From Nitrospinales bacterium (GTDB taxonomy: Bacteria; Nitrospinota; Nitrospinia; Nitrospinales; VA-1), in contig CBDCWG010000012.1 of NCBI GenBank assembly GCA_965223345.1, forward strand, positions 1,056,001 to 1,120,000: DNA of 64,000 nucleotides. Direction: 5' to 3'. Position numbers and translations under genes: made by a program. Below the pieces are notes generated by a model, which did not search any database, had not been told where the DNA came from, and saw nothing but the letters and a program-made list of their open reading frames with translations. Positions 30,430 through 40,732 of this stretch are shown piece by piece; within the stretch, counting starts at the first letter, position 1, and every line of letters starts with the position of its first letter.

Positions 30430-33423
30430 TCATTCCACCGTCGGGTCGGGAATCGGTTCGAAATCCTGCGAAGGCGGGGCGCCTTCCTCGAACATGTCCT
30501 GGAAAAAATCGATGATGGAGTTGCCTTCCTCTTCCAGTGTCTGGTCGGCGGGCGGCGCTTGCTCGGGAATCGGCATGAGCGGCGGCGGTTCTTCGCTCTG
30601 GTGGAAATCGTTGCGCGGTGCGGGATCGACCGAGGGCGTGAAGGTGTCGAAGCGCTGCACCGTGGGCGAAGGAACGGGTTCGGGTTGCGGCGGCTTGATC
30701 GTGTCAAACGGTGAAAGCCCTTCGTACCGGCGGGCGGAGGGCAGGGCCGGGGCGCGCCGCTTCGGCGACTGCAAGAATTCATCCTGGTCGAGATGGTAGA
30801 ACATGTCCTCCACCGGCGGCGGCGAACCGAACAGGGCTTCGTTCCTTTTGTGCGTCACATCGTAGGGAAACTCGCTGCGCGTCAAAAGACGGGGCAGCTG
30901 CATCTGGCGCAGATTGAAATAACGGAACACCCGGTAGGTGTTGCTTTTTTCCTGCAGCGAGACCAGTTCCTTCTGGTTTAAAAACCGCGTGCTTTTGGGC
31001 GGCACCGGCGCCTGCAGCGGGACGCCGTTTTGCGTGACCAACTGTTTGAGCTGGAATTCAGCGGGAACGCGGTTCTCCGTTTTCAAGCCGATGAGAAAAT
31101 TCTTGGCGTCGAAGATGGACCGCTTGCCCGGATCGCCCAGCCCGGTTGCGACCTGGTTTTCGTGGCAGCTTTCGCAACTGCGCACGGTTTTGCGAATGGT
31201 GTGCGGCGTGTGCGGCAGCAGCGCCATGCCCGGTTTCCCGTCGGTGGTGCGAAAGACCCTGGCCCGTTGCGACGGGGTGGCTTTCGGGGCTGCCCGCTCG
31301 GTGAAGAAATACTGGTAGCGCGGTTTCAGGATCGAGTATTTGCCGCGGTGGTTTTTCCCCAGGATCATCGTTCCCCAACTGGATTCGGTGAGGATGTCCC
31401 ACAGCACGCCGGGGATCGACTGCCCCTCGATCTTTCCGGGCTGCGAGCGGGCGGTGGTCCAGTCGAGCATGGACACGGGCGCTTCCTGCGTTTCGCGGGT
31501 GGACAGGATCTGCCGCAGGCTCGGGTCGGAGAAGTTCCAGTCCTTCCAGCGGGAAACATCCGGCGACGGTTCCTCGATGAGGTGCAGGCCCCAGTCGCTG
31601 GCCGACCAGCGGGCGTGGCAGGCGTGGCATTCCACGGACTTCATGTGTTTGGCGATCTGGTGCGCGGGCGGCGCCTTGATCTCCTTGAGGATGGGGATGG
31701 GGTGCTTCTTGCCGGTCACCTTGGAGAACAGGACCCACTGGTTTTTGTCGCGCTTGATGTGCGGCAGTTTGACGCCCTGCGCGTTGACGAGAATGGAGTC
31801 GCCGGAGCGCACTTTCTTCACCAGATTCGGGTTGCGCTTGAGCCGCTCGAAGATGGGTTTCGAGTTGGGATCGGATTTCAACAGCAGGAATTCCTCCGGA
31901 GCGCTTTTGTGGGTGCCGTGGCAGTCCTCGCAGCGGGTCTGCACCCGTGAATGCCGGTCCGCGAACAGCGGCGCGCCCTTGATGTCCTCGGACCCGTGGC
32001 AGTCGATGCAGTGCATGCCGCGTTCGCGGTGGATGTCCGGCACCAGAAATTCGTGTTCGCTGCCGTAGAGCACGGGCTGGGTGGCGTCGATCTTCTCGCG
32101 CGCCGGTTTGGGCCGCGCCGGATTTTTGAACAGCCCTTCGAATTCGTTGCCCACGCCGTTGTTGTTGTGGCAGTGCTCGCACTGCACGCTGGGAATGGCG
32201 AGGGTGAATTTGTGGATCACCGGGTAGCCGCGCGGCGAGTCCAGCGGACGCGCGGCCTTGTCGCTGCTGAAGACGGAACCCTGCTTCTTGGCGTTTTTGC
32301 GCTGCTTGCTCTGAATCGTCGGATCGCGGGTCAGCGAGGTGCCGTCGTTGGCGTACACCATGTGGCAGGCGGCGCAGCCGGTGGCGCGGTAGTCACCCGG
32401 CCGGTGTGGCGCTTCGCCCTGGATGTGGCAGCGCAGGCATTTGGTCCTGAGAAACTTGTCCACCGCGTGGCCCTTTTTCACCGAGGGCAGGGGTTTTTCA
32501 TTGGCCTTGGCATCGGGAATCAGGGAATGGTGGTTCTTTCCGTACGGCTGTGCGCCCCAGGCGTAGCGCGTGGTGTTGATGATTCCCGCGGCGGTGGACA
32601 TCGGGTTGCGTTTGACCTTTTCGATCTGGTCGGCGTGGCATTTGCCGCAGAATTTGGGAGCGTGGTTGAGGTCCGATGGATTGGGCACCATCCCCTTGTG
32701 GGCCGATTGCATCGTTTTGGCGCGCCGGTTGCCGCTGTGGCACTTGGTGCAGCGGAAGCGGTGGTTGGGGCTGATCTCTTCGATGCCACCGTGGCAGTTC
32801 AGGCAGCCGCTGGCTTTTTTTTCCAGTTGCACCACCCGGCCGAACACGTCTTCCATGGAGAAGTTGGAGTTGCGGTAGAAATTTTCCACGAAGTGACCGG
32901 AGTCCGCGTAGGAGTAAAAGCGCAGCCCGTCTACGGTGACGCCCGGCTCCAACACTTTGGGCGAGTTTTCCTGAAAACCGCGCACCGGAAAAAACGGATC
33001 GCGGAAATCCCCGGCGTCGAGGAAAGGCGTTTCCTCAAGCGGCGGCACCTCCACCATGCGCTTTTCGAAAGCGGGCGGCGACTCCGGCCTGAACGGCTGT
33101 GCCGGCGGTTGCGGCTGAGGCTGCGGCGGCTCGGGCGCGGCGAACGGTTCCTCTATGATCGTGGATTCGGTGATGTCCTTGTCCGGGGCCGATTTTTCGA
33201 ACGCGTCCGAAGGCAGGGGCCAGGGAAAGACCTCTTCGCCGCTGGAAGGAGATTCCGTTTCCGGCTCGGGCTTGGTCTCGCGCGGAACGCCGGACGCATC
33301 GAGCGAGTACGAATCCTTCCATTCGAACGTTTTCGTTTCCTGGGCGGTACCGCGGCCGAGAATGAAAAAGGTCAGCAGCGCGCCGGCCGTGAGCAGCCAT
33401 CCGGTTTTTCGCAGAGGGGTCAT
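30430..33423 (-). CDS. decaheme cytochrome c with Pro/acidic N- and C-terminal extensions
   Basis: Ten CxxCH motifs (CLNCH, CTKCH, CGKCH, CLRCH, CAACH, CEHCH, CIDCH, CEDCH, CHACH, CESCH); signal peptide. Confidence 0.92.
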   Translation of the reverse strand: MTPLRKTGWLLTAGALLTFFILGRGTAQETKTFEWKDSYSLDASGVPRETKPEPETESPSSGEEVFPWPLPSDAFEKSAPDKDITESTIIEEPFAAPEPPQPQPQPPAQPFRPESPPAFEKRMVEVPPLEETPFLDAGDFRDPFFPVRGFQENSPKVLEPGVTVDGLRFYSYADSGHFVENFYRNSNFSMEDVFGRVVQLEKKASGCLNCHGGIEEISPNHRFRCTKCHSGNRRAKTMQSAHKGMVPNPSDLNHAPKFCGKCHADQIEKVKRNPMSTAAGIINTTRYAWGAQPYGKNHHSLIPDAKANEKPLPSVKKGHAVDKFLRTKCLRCHIQGEAPHRPGDYRATGCAACHMVYANDGTSLTRDPTIQSKQRKNAKKQGSVFSSDKAARPLDSPRGYPVIHKFTLAIPSVQCEHCHNNNGVGNEFEGLFKNPARPKPAREKIDATQPVLYGSEHEFLVPDIHRERGMHCIDCHGSEDIKGAPLFADRHSRVQTRCEDCHGTHKSAPEEFLLLKSDPNSKPIFERLKRNPNLVKKVRSGDSILVNAQGVKLPHIKRDKNQWVLFSKVTGKKHPIPILKEIKAPPAHQIAKHMKSVECHACHARWSASDWGLHLIEEPSPDVSRWKDWNFSDPSLRQILSTRETQEAPVSMLDWTTARSQPGKIEGQSIPGVLWDILTESSWGTMILGKNHRGKYSILKPRYQYFFTERAAPKATPSQRARVFRTTDGKPGMALLPHTPHTIRKTVRSCESCHENQVATGLGDPGKRSIFDAKNFLIGLKTENRVPAEFQLKQLVTQNGVPLQAPVPPKSTRFLNQKELVSLQEKSNTYRVFRYFNLRQMQLPRLLTRSEFPYDVTHKRNEALFGSPPPVEDMFYHLDQDEFLQSPKRRAPALPSARRYEGLSPFDTIKPPQPEPVPSPTVQRFDTFTPSVDPAPRNDFHQSEEPPPLMPIPEQAPPADQTLEEEGNSIIDFFQDMFEEGAPPSQDFEPIPDPTVE

Positions 33424-33436
33424 CTTGATCCAGAGG

Positions 33437-35599
33437 TTATTTTCTTTTCAGGATGTTCTTGCGCAGTTTGCGATGCGCCAGTTTGTTCTCGAATTTGTAA
33501 CTCTTGCCGATGTCTTTGTAAATCTTATCATTGTATTGATCGTGACAGGGAATGCAGTTTCCCACCTTGAGGATGCGCGCGATCTCTTTCTGGTTGAACG
33601 GGCGCGCTCCGGGTTGCGTGCTGCCCGCCACCGGCTGGCCGCGCACCGTGGTTTTCGCATCCGGCGCGAGGTCCGAATGGCGCTTGATCGCATTCGAGCG
33701 GTTGACGGGCGCCATGCGGTCGTTTTTCCCGGACGAACTGCGCTGCAGCGTGAGGTCTCCCTCGCCCAGTCCCAGCGTCTGCGGGGAAAGGTGGCAGCTG
33801 GCGCAGGAGCGGACTTTTTTGCCGACCGAGTGCGGGTTGAGCGCGTACACGAGGTTGGAGCCCGAGTATCCGTGCGGGTTGGTGAACACCCATTCGCGGT
33901 AGCTGCCGAGCGGCGTTCCATGCCGGGTCAGCGCGGTGACGGGTTTTCCTTTCTCGTCCAGCACGGTGACGGTTCGTTGCGTCTGCGGCAGCATGGGGGC
34001 CACTTTGCCGCGCGGACCGACCATCAATTTGGGCGGCTCCACTTCCAGGGTGTAGGATGCGGTTCCCCAAAGGGCGGATGCCTTGCCGGCTTCGAGGGAG
34101 GGCATCTTGGCCTGGTCGAGCGCGTTGTGGCAGCCTTCGCATCTGGGCACCCACTGCGAATGGCAGGCGGTGCATTCGAGCTTCTTCTTGTGGGCCGGGA
34201 TCACATGCGCGTTCCTGCTTTTATGCAGGGTCGGCGTTTTGAATTTTTTGCCGCTGATCTTGCCCAGCGTCCACAGCGTGCCCTTTTCCAGTTTCACGTT
34301 GGTCATCTTGTTTTTGCGTGCGGTCAGGGCCATGCGGTCTTTTAAGGCGTTGCTCCAGGGGTAATGGCGGCTCAGGCGAACGACGCGGTCCGAAGGGTCG
34401 GTGACCGGCGCGAAGGCGGGCGGCGTGTCGCCGTCTCCATGACAGGTTTCGCAACGGACTTCAACGGCCTGGTTTTGCTTGGAATAGAGGTTGCCGTCGC
34501 CCATGATATCAAACTGGGTATGGCAGTCAACACAATCGAAGCCGTTGGCGATGTGCACGTCTTCCTGCCTTTTTCCCGATCCCGGCAGCGGGAGTGGGAT
34601 CAATGCCGCCATTTCCAGGGGTTGCGTTTCGGATTTTCCCGCTGCGGGGTCGAAGGCCTGGTGGCACTGGCTGCAGATGACGCTCGGCGTCAGCGCGGTC
34701 ATCTTGTGAAAGCCGGGGTGTCCGATTTCGGTTTTGGAGATCGTCGGGTCGGCCCCGTGGTAGCGGCCGTCGGGCGCGTAGGTGAAATGACAGGCGGCGC
34801 ACCCCTGCGAGCGGAAGGTTCCCGGCGCGGGGCTGGAATCCAGGTGGCACTGAAAGCATTTTTGCCGCAGCAGCTTGTCGCTGATGTGCCGGGACACCTG
34901 ATAGGAACCCGGCGCCTGCGGCAGATCCTTGGGAGAGAAAAACGGCAGCGCCTTGAGCGATCCCAATGCGCCGCGTTTTTCGGGCACGTCGCCGTCTTCG
35001 TCGATCACATCGCGGATGCCGTATTTGGCGAATCGGGTGCTCTGCGCCGCCCATTGATAGCGCAGGCCGGAGATCATGCCCGCCATCGTCGCCATGAGCG
35101 ATTTGTTGACGCGTTCGATGTGGTTGCGGTCGGGATCGAGATGGCCGGCGTGGCATTGCAGTTGCCCGCAGCTTTGCGCGGCGACGCTGAGACTGGACGG
35201 GTTGCGCTTGCCGGTGCCCGCTTCGGGATCGTAAATGAGGCTGGAGTGGGCCTGCTCTTTGTCGATCGACTGGCCGTCCCCTCCGTGGCAGACCGTGCAG
35301 CCGAATTCTCTCGGGTGGGACGCGCTCACCGTTGCGATTCCGTCGTGGCAGGTGATGCAGCGTTCGGTGAACTGATTGCGGTAGCTGGAAACCCGCACGC
35401 CGGATTCGCTGCCGAGCGTGCCGGTGATTTCGATTTCCTTGACGCGGAGCGGTGGGCGCGCGGGGGATTTTTTCTTTTCGGCCTGGCTGCGGTTGAACTG
35501 TTCCTGCCAGAACTGCCAGTCCTTCTCGGCGGCCTGGATGGAAACGGTTCCCAGAAGAGTCAGGATCGATATGAAAAAAACGAAGCGGGGGTTGAGCAC
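33437..35599 (-). CDS. multiheme cytochrome c (11 CxxCH plus one CX4CH)
   Basis: CITCH, CTVCH, CGQLQCH, CFQCH, CAACH, CSQCH, CVDCH, CETCH, CTACH, CEGCH, CASCH, CIPCH; signal peptide. Confidence 0.92.
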   Translation of the reverse strand: MLNPRFVFFISILTLLGTVSIQAAEKDWQFWQEQFNRSQAEKKKSPARPPLRVKEIEITGTLGSESGVRVSSYRNQFTERCITCHDGIATVSASHPREFGCTVCHGGDGQSIDKEQAHSSLIYDPEAGTGKRNPSSLSVAAQSCGQLQCHAGHLDPDRNHIERVNKSLMATMAGMISGLRYQWAAQSTRFAKYGIRDVIDEDGDVPEKRGALGSLKALPFFSPKDLPQAPGSYQVSRHISDKLLRQKCFQCHLDSSPAPGTFRSQGCAACHFTYAPDGRYHGADPTISKTEIGHPGFHKMTALTPSVICSQCHQAFDPAAGKSETQPLEMAALIPLPLPGSGKRQEDVHIANGFDCVDCHTQFDIMGDGNLYSKQNQAVEVRCETCHGDGDTPPAFAPVTDPSDRVVRLSRHYPWSNALKDRMALTARKNKMTNVKLEKGTLWTLGKISGKKFKTPTLHKSRNAHVIPAHKKKLECTACHSQWVPRCEGCHNALDQAKMPSLEAGKASALWGTASYTLEVEPPKLMVGPRGKVAPMLPQTQRTVTVLDEKGKPVTALTRHGTPLGSYREWVFTNPHGYSGSNLVYALNPHSVGKKVRSCASCHLSPQTLGLGEGDLTLQRSSSGKNDRMAPVNRSNAIKRHSDLAPDAKTTVRGQPVAGSTQPGARPFNQKEIARILKVGNCIPCHDQYNDKIYKDIGKSYKFENKLAHRKLRKNILKRK

Positions 35600-35674
35600 A
35601 AAAAATCGTCTCGTGTGTGGGTGAACGGCGCGCGCACCGGAAGCCGGTTCTGCGTTGCAAAGGGACCCTGCGGA

Positions 35675-36001
35675 TTATTTGTACACCACCTCCACCCGGT
35701 CGAGGAAATCCGTCAACTCGTTCACCGATGTTTGAATCCGTTGCGCCGACCGTTCCTTGGCGCTTTCCTCAAGGGTCATGCCGATGGCGCTGATGAAATC
35801 GAAACCGTACCCGGAGCCGGACCCCTTCATGGTGTGTCCCATTCTCTCGATGGTTGCAAAATCGTCCGATTGCAAAGCCTGAAGAATGGACTCGATGTCC
35901 TTGCGCCGGTTGTTGAGATAGCCGGGAATCAATTCCTCAAGATCCGGGTCGATTTCTACTTTGATCTTATCATTTTTCTGGCTTTCGCTGCCTGCGGTCA
36001 T
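35675..36001 (-). CDS. stand-alone Hpt (histidine phosphotransfer) protein
   Basis: GHTMKGSGSGYGF motif. Confidence 0.88.
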   Translation of the reverse strand: MTAGSESQKNDKIKVEIDPDLEELIPGYLNNRRKDIESILQALQSDDFATIERMGHTMKGSGSGYGFDFISAIGMTLEESAKERSAQRIQTSVNELTDFLDRVEVVYK

Positions 36002-36052
36002 CGCTCACCTTGTGCGGTTCCAAGCGGGGGCCTTCAAATTCAAAGACGCCCT

Positions 36053-36081
36053 ATCATAGTTTCTGCAGTTGCTTTTTTCAA
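36053..36081 (-). promoter_or_regulatory. putative sigma70 promoter for the hpt-cytochrome operon
   Basis: TTGAAA-17 bp-TATGAT on the minus strand. Confidence 0.55.
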
Positions 36082-36125
36082 CACCCGCGAGCGGTTTCGA
36101 ATCGAGGGAAGGATGAGAACGGGAT

Positions 36126-37409
36126 TCATTCTCCCGTATGGAAGAAACGCGTCCCGTCGCTGCCGCTGGGTCGCTTGAGGTTGAAGCGGGTTTCAAAATC
36201 CAGAAGCAGGTCCAGCCAGTCTTCCAGAAGCCGGGTCATGAGGTATTTTTCTTTCACCGACTCGCGCGCGGCCTGTCCCATGCGCAGGCGCAGATCGTCG
36301 TCTTTGAGCACCTGCACGATGCGTTCGGCGGCGGCGTCCACCGAATCGACGAGAAAACCGTTGACCTGATCTTCGATCTGCAGCGGGATGCCTCCGACGT
36401 TGCCGCCGATCACCACCGCCTGCTTCCACATGGCTTCGGTGACGGTCAGGCCGAAGCCTTCGCGCGTGGACTTTTGCAGAACCACGTGCGCGCGGCTCTG
36501 CAGGGCGTTCACCAGCGCGGTGTCCTGACGGGCGAGGATGATGATGCGCTCGTCCTGTTCTCCCAGCAGCGATTCGTACACTTCCTGCCCTTCCGGGTCG
36601 TCGCTGGCCATGTCGCCGAGCAGCACCAGGGTGGCGTCCACCTGCTTGCGGGCCTGCTTGAAAGCCTGGATCACGCCCAGCGGATCCTTGAAACGGTCGA
36701 AGCGGGAGATCTGGGTCACGATCGGCAGATCGGTCGGAATGTGGTAGTGGTTCAGCCGCTCCTCGATTTCGGACTCGGGCAGCGGCAGGTTTTTGATGAT
36801 GAACGGATCGATGGTGGGCCGGAAATACCGGGTGGGGATGTCGAGCTCGACACCCTGTTTTTTGGTGACGATGCCGGCGTCGTATTTGAGGATCGTCGGT
36901 TTGAGAAACTCCCAGACCGAAGGCTCCGGACTCGTCAGATCCAGATGGCAGCGCCAGATCCAGGGACAGGATTTCGGGTAATGGTGGATCAGAAACAAAG
37001 GCTGCGGGTCGTGGATGACGAGGAAATCCGCATCCAGATCCATACGGATGGAATTTTCGTAGATCGTTTGCTCGTAGATCTCTTTTTTCAGCTCGGTCAG
37101 GTGGATGGAATGTCCCTGCAGCGCGTTGTGGAATTTCTTGGTCAGGGAAAAGAAGTCACCGCTGCCGAACAGCAGCCGCCAGTCGGTGCGGATCCCCACG
37201 CCGTTCATCAAAAGCACCAGCGAGGACAACAGCTCGGCCACGCCGCCGCCGGAATAGGTGCTGTTCACATGAATGAGCTTCTTGCCCTTGAGCGGCTCCG
37301 CCTTCTGTAAAATCCGGTCTATGGTTTCGTTGCCGACGAACTGCCGGTACTGATTGATGTCGGTGCGCTGATGGATGGGCAGGTGTGTATCTTCGTAGGG
37401 CTTCAACAT
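36126..37409 (-). CDS. treT: trehalose glycosyltransferring synthase (GT4)
   Basis: VNSTYSGGGVAELL, KKFHNALQG, IHDPQP, WRCHLD, QISRFDRFKD, EGFGLTVTEAMWK. Confidence 0.88.
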   Translation of the reverse strand: MLKPYEDTHLPIHQRTDINQYRQFVGNETIDRILQKAEPLKGKKLIHVNSTYSGGGVAELLSSLVLLMNGVGIRTDWRLLFGSGDFFSLTKKFHNALQGHSIHLTELKKEIYEQTIYENSIRMDLDADFLVIHDPQPLFLIHHYPKSCPWIWRCHLDLTSPEPSVWEFLKPTILKYDAGIVTKKQGVELDIPTRYFRPTIDPFIIKNLPLPESEIEERLNHYHIPTDLPIVTQISRFDRFKDPLGVIQAFKQARKQVDATLVLLGDMASDDPEGQEVYESLLGEQDERIIILARQDTALVNALQSRAHVVLQKSTREGFGLTVTEAMWKQAVVIGGNVGGIPLQIEDQVNGFLVDSVDAAAERIVQVLKDDDLRLRMGQAARESVKEKYLMTRLLEDWLDLLLDFETRFNLKRPSGSDGTRFFHTGE

Positions 37410-37571
37410 GGCCGTTGTGCATTCAAATAAAGGTTAACGGGACGGATCGCGCACGGTGAAACGCATGCGTCACAGGCATTCTGATCCACGAAATTTTTTA
37501 TTATAACCAACTGGCGGGTGGGGGAAAAATGAAATCTGGGGGAAGGGATTCGCCTTAAAACGCACGCCCCG

Positions 37572-40500
37572 TCAGCTTGCTGAAAGGCTGTCCGGATCGA
37601 TGAGCAGAGCCAGGGGCAGGAACGAAAACACCTCCTTCACCGGCAAACGCAGGGACTCGCCGTCCGCCTGCACAGAGAGGTGTTTGTGGGTGAACCGGTC
37701 GATGAGGCGGCTGCGATCCTGAAAGGATGCGGGCAGCAGGATGGCCGTGTCCTGCCAGACCGCTTCGCCCACCGGCCATTTGAGGTCCGGTTCCATCAGG
37801 CCCGCCGGCAGCCGGGGAACCGCCGTCAGGCTGAACTGCTGGTTGTGCTGGCGCAGAAAGGCGACGACGTGTTCGGAGCGTTCGCCTTCCACCTTGAGGG
37901 GCTGGTAATCGCCGTGCAGAAACAGATCGGGCAGCCGCCTGCGCAGCCTCAGCCCACAGATCGTGACGTACATTTTGATGCGTCCGTCCGGCCAGTGGTT
38001 CAACAACTCGTACAGCCCCGAAAGGTGCCGGGGCAGGTCCGACGGGGGTGTGGCGAGGAGGGGCTTTAATCGCTCGAGGTATTGCTGGCGCAGGGTGAAA
38101 TCGACGGGATGGCGGTTGTCCGGATCGACGAGGCTCAGATCCCACAGCTCCGAGCCCTGAAAAAAATCGGGAATTCCCGGCGAGGTGATCTTGAGAAGCA
38201 CCTGCGCGAGCGAGTTGACGACCCCCATCTTGGCGACCCGCTCCTGAAACGGCAGGAAGGAGTCCAGAAAACGGTTCGATTTCGTGGGCGCCAGCGTTTT
38301 CTCGATGAACCGGGTGAGGGCGGTGTGGTGGGCTTCGTTGGGGTTGATCCAGCTGGTATGGGTCTTGGCTTCCTTGGCGGCCTTGTGCATGTAGATCAGC
38401 ATCCGCTCGATCAAGCGGTCGCGGCAGATCGCCTCGGCGGGGCCGGGCGGCCACATGCCCACGAGGGTCTGGTAGAACAGGTATTCCTCGTTACGGCCGG
38501 GGGTGAGCCTGTCCTCGACGAGGGTGCGCTTGCCGCGGTTGATCAGAGACCAGCGGCCCAGCGCCTTGCGCCAGTCTTCGGGAATCTCCGACAGGACGTT
38601 CAGCCGCGCGCGCACATCTTCGCCGCGTTTGTGGTCGTGCGTGGCGGTGGCGGTGAGGGTCTGCGGCCAGTGTTTCTGCCGTCTTTGGTTTCTGCGGTGA
38701 AAAACGGAGGGCGCGAGGCCGAAACGCTGCGGGAACCCCCCCACTTCGTTCAAGGAAAGCAGCCGGTTGTAGCGGTAGAAGGCGGTGTCCTCCAGCCCCT
38801 TGGCCTGCACGGGGGCGGTGAACTGCTGCAGTTTCATGATGAAGTCCCGGCGCCTGGCGACGAAATCCGGCGGCAGCCCCGCTTCGGAATCGGTGAGCAA
38901 GGTGTTTTTCAAAAACTCGAAAATGGTGGGCTCGAGAATCGGGTTTTTGCGGCGCGCCCGTCCGATGGATTTTTCCAGCGTCTCGCGGTCCTCGGGGTTG
39001 ATGGCGGTGTCGTCGATGTAGGTGCGGTAGATCGGAAAACAGGCGACGGTTTCGGTCAGCGCCTCTCTCAGGCTGTTCAGGGTGAAATCGCGGGAATGCC
39101 GGTCCTGTTCGGAAATCAGGTTGAGCGCGCGCACCAGAACGTTGAGCTCGCTGGTGAGTGCGGTCTGCATGATGAGCTTTTTGCTTTGGTACGCGATCTC
39201 GCTGAAGGGCTCGGCGTTGCCGGTGTAGCGGACGTAAATTTTGCTGAACTCTTTTTCGCGGCTGGTATCGACGAACAGGCCGTTCACCTCCCGCATGAAA
39301 TCGTATCCGGAGGTGCCGTGGACGGGCCAGTGCTCGGGCAGCGCTTCGGCGCCGGTGAGGATTTTTTCGACAACCAGGTAAAGCGGGCGCACCACCGGGC
39401 CCGCCGGGTCGATTTCTTTCTCCTGCTTGCGCCATTGCCGCACCAGGTCGCGGACGGTGGCGTCTTCCATGGAATCCAGCTTGCGGCCGCGCACGGTGTG
39501 TTCGTAGAGCACCGCCTCCTGCAGCCGGTCGAAATACGCACCGGGGTTGTACAATCCGTCCGGATGATCGAGGCGCAGACCGGTGATCTTCCCTTCGCCG
39601 ATCAGCCGCAGGATCAAGGCGTGTGTCTTTTCGAACACCTCCGGCCGTTCCATCTTGATTCCGGCGAGGTGGTTGATGTCGAAAAACCGCCGGTAATTGA
39701 TCTCATTGGCTGCGGTGCGCCAGTTGGACAAGCGGTAGACCTGCTGTTCCAGCAGCGCGTGCAGCCGGTCGAAGCTTTCCGTCTGGCCGGGAATTCCGTT
39801 GAACTGCCTCACATTTTCCCGGATGTGTTCGCGCAGGACCGTCGATTCCTGCATGAGCCGGTTCAGGCGTTTTTGGCTCACGCCTTTTTCCCGCGCGCGT
39901 TCTTCGATTTTTTCGGCGTCGTTCTCCAGCGTGGAAGGAAGGTTGCCGAGCGCTTTCACGATGCTCAGCAGCTCGCGCAGGTGAGGATCGTCCTCGGGCA
40001 GTTCTTTTTGCAGCGTTTCCAGGTTGTGAGTCAGGATGAGCGGGAACGACTGCGGGTTGAGAGGAAGGTGGTGCTCGAAATACGCGAGGTGAAACGTCCC
40101 CTCCTGCATATTCAGGTCCAGCTCTCCACGATCCAGGACCACGCCGTATTGATCGCCTAGAATGGGCAACAGAATTTTTCCCTTCAGTTCGGCCTTGCCG
40201 GGATTCCAGTCGATATCGAAAATTTCGGCGTAGGGCGAACACTGGCCGTTTCCCAGCACGTCCTGCCACCACTGGTTTTCAGAGCTTGCGATGCCCATGT
40301 GGTTGGGCACGAAATCGAGGATGTGCCCCATGTCGCAGCGGGACAGTTCATCGATGAATCGTTCCAGGCCAGCCTCGCCTCCCAGTTCCGGATTGATGCG
40401 GGTGTAATCGCTGATGTCGTAACCGTGCGAGGAGTCGGGTCCGGCGGCGAGATAGGGCGAGGCGTAGCAGTGGGTGATGCCGAGCTCGGAAAGGTAGGAG

Positions 40501-40652
40501 ACGATGGCGCGGGCCGCATCGAAATCGAACTGCTTGTTGAGCTGAAACCGGTAGGTGTTGAGCGGAAAGCGATTCTTTTGCGACAGTTCTTTCTTGATGC
40601 TTTCCAGCTGGTCCTTGAAGGGTGTGATGTTTTTTGCGGGGCGAATGTTCAT
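37572..40652 (-). CDS. treY: malto-oligosyltrehalose synthase
   Basis: TYRFQL, HGYD, DFVPNHM, INYRRFFD, LRLDHPDGL, ATHDHKRGED; GGAGG SD before ATG 40652. Confidence 0.95.
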   Translation of the reverse strand: MNIRPAKNITPFKDQLESIKKELSQKNRFPLNTYRFQLNKQFDFDAARAIVSYLSELGITHCYASPYLAAGPDSSHGYDISDYTRINPELGGEAGLERFIDELSRCDMGHILDFVPNHMGIASSENQWWQDVLGNGQCSPYAEIFDIDWNPGKAELKGKILLPILGDQYGVVLDRGELDLNMQEGTFHLAYFEHHLPLNPQSFPLILTHNLETLQKELPEDDPHLRELLSIVKALGNLPSTLENDAEKIEERAREKGVSQKRLNRLMQESTVLREHIRENVRQFNGIPGQTESFDRLHALLEQQVYRLSNWRTAANEINYRRFFDINHLAGIKMERPEVFEKTHALILRLIGEGKITGLRLDHPDGLYNPGAYFDRLQEAVLYEHTVRGRKLDSMEDATVRDLVRQWRKQEKEIDPAGPVVRPLYLVVEKILTGAEALPEHWPVHGTSGYDFMREVNGLFVDTSREKEFSKIYVRYTGNAEPFSEIAYQSKKLIMQTALTSELNVLVRALNLISEQDRHSRDFTLNSLREALTETVACFPIYRTYIDDTAINPEDRETLEKSIGRARRKNPILEPTIFEFLKNTLLTDSEAGLPPDFVARRRDFIMKLQQFTAPVQAKGLEDTAFYRYNRLLSLNEVGGFPQRFGLAPSVFHRRNQRRQKHWPQTLTATATHDHKRGEDVRARLNVLSEIPEDWRKALGRWSLINRGKRTLVEDRLTPGRNEEYLFYQTLVGMWPPGPAEAICRDRLIERMLIYMHKAAKEAKTHTSWINPNEAHHTALTRFIEKTLAPTKSNRFLDSFLPFQERVAKMGVVNSLAQVLLKITSPGIPDFFQGSELWDLSLVDPDNRHPVDFTLRQQYLERLKPLLATPPSDLPRHLSGLYELLNHWPDGRIKMYVTICGLRLRRRLPDLFLHGDYQPLKVEGERSEHVVAFLRQHNQQFSLTAVPRLPAGLMEPDLKWPVGEAVWQDTAILLPASFQDRSRLIDRFTHKHLSVQADGESLRLPVKEVFSFLPLALLIDPDSLSAS

Positions 40653-40732
40653 GTGCCTCCTTCCAGGCACATTCTTTCGTATCTGGTGCGATCCGTCAAG
40701 TGAGAGAGGGGAAAAGCCGGACGCCTGTCACA

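Noticed and set aside
29275..35599. Selenocysteine or other read-through in the multiheme operon
   Set aside because: All four ORFs are complete and each has its own signal peptide; no in-frame TGA is needed
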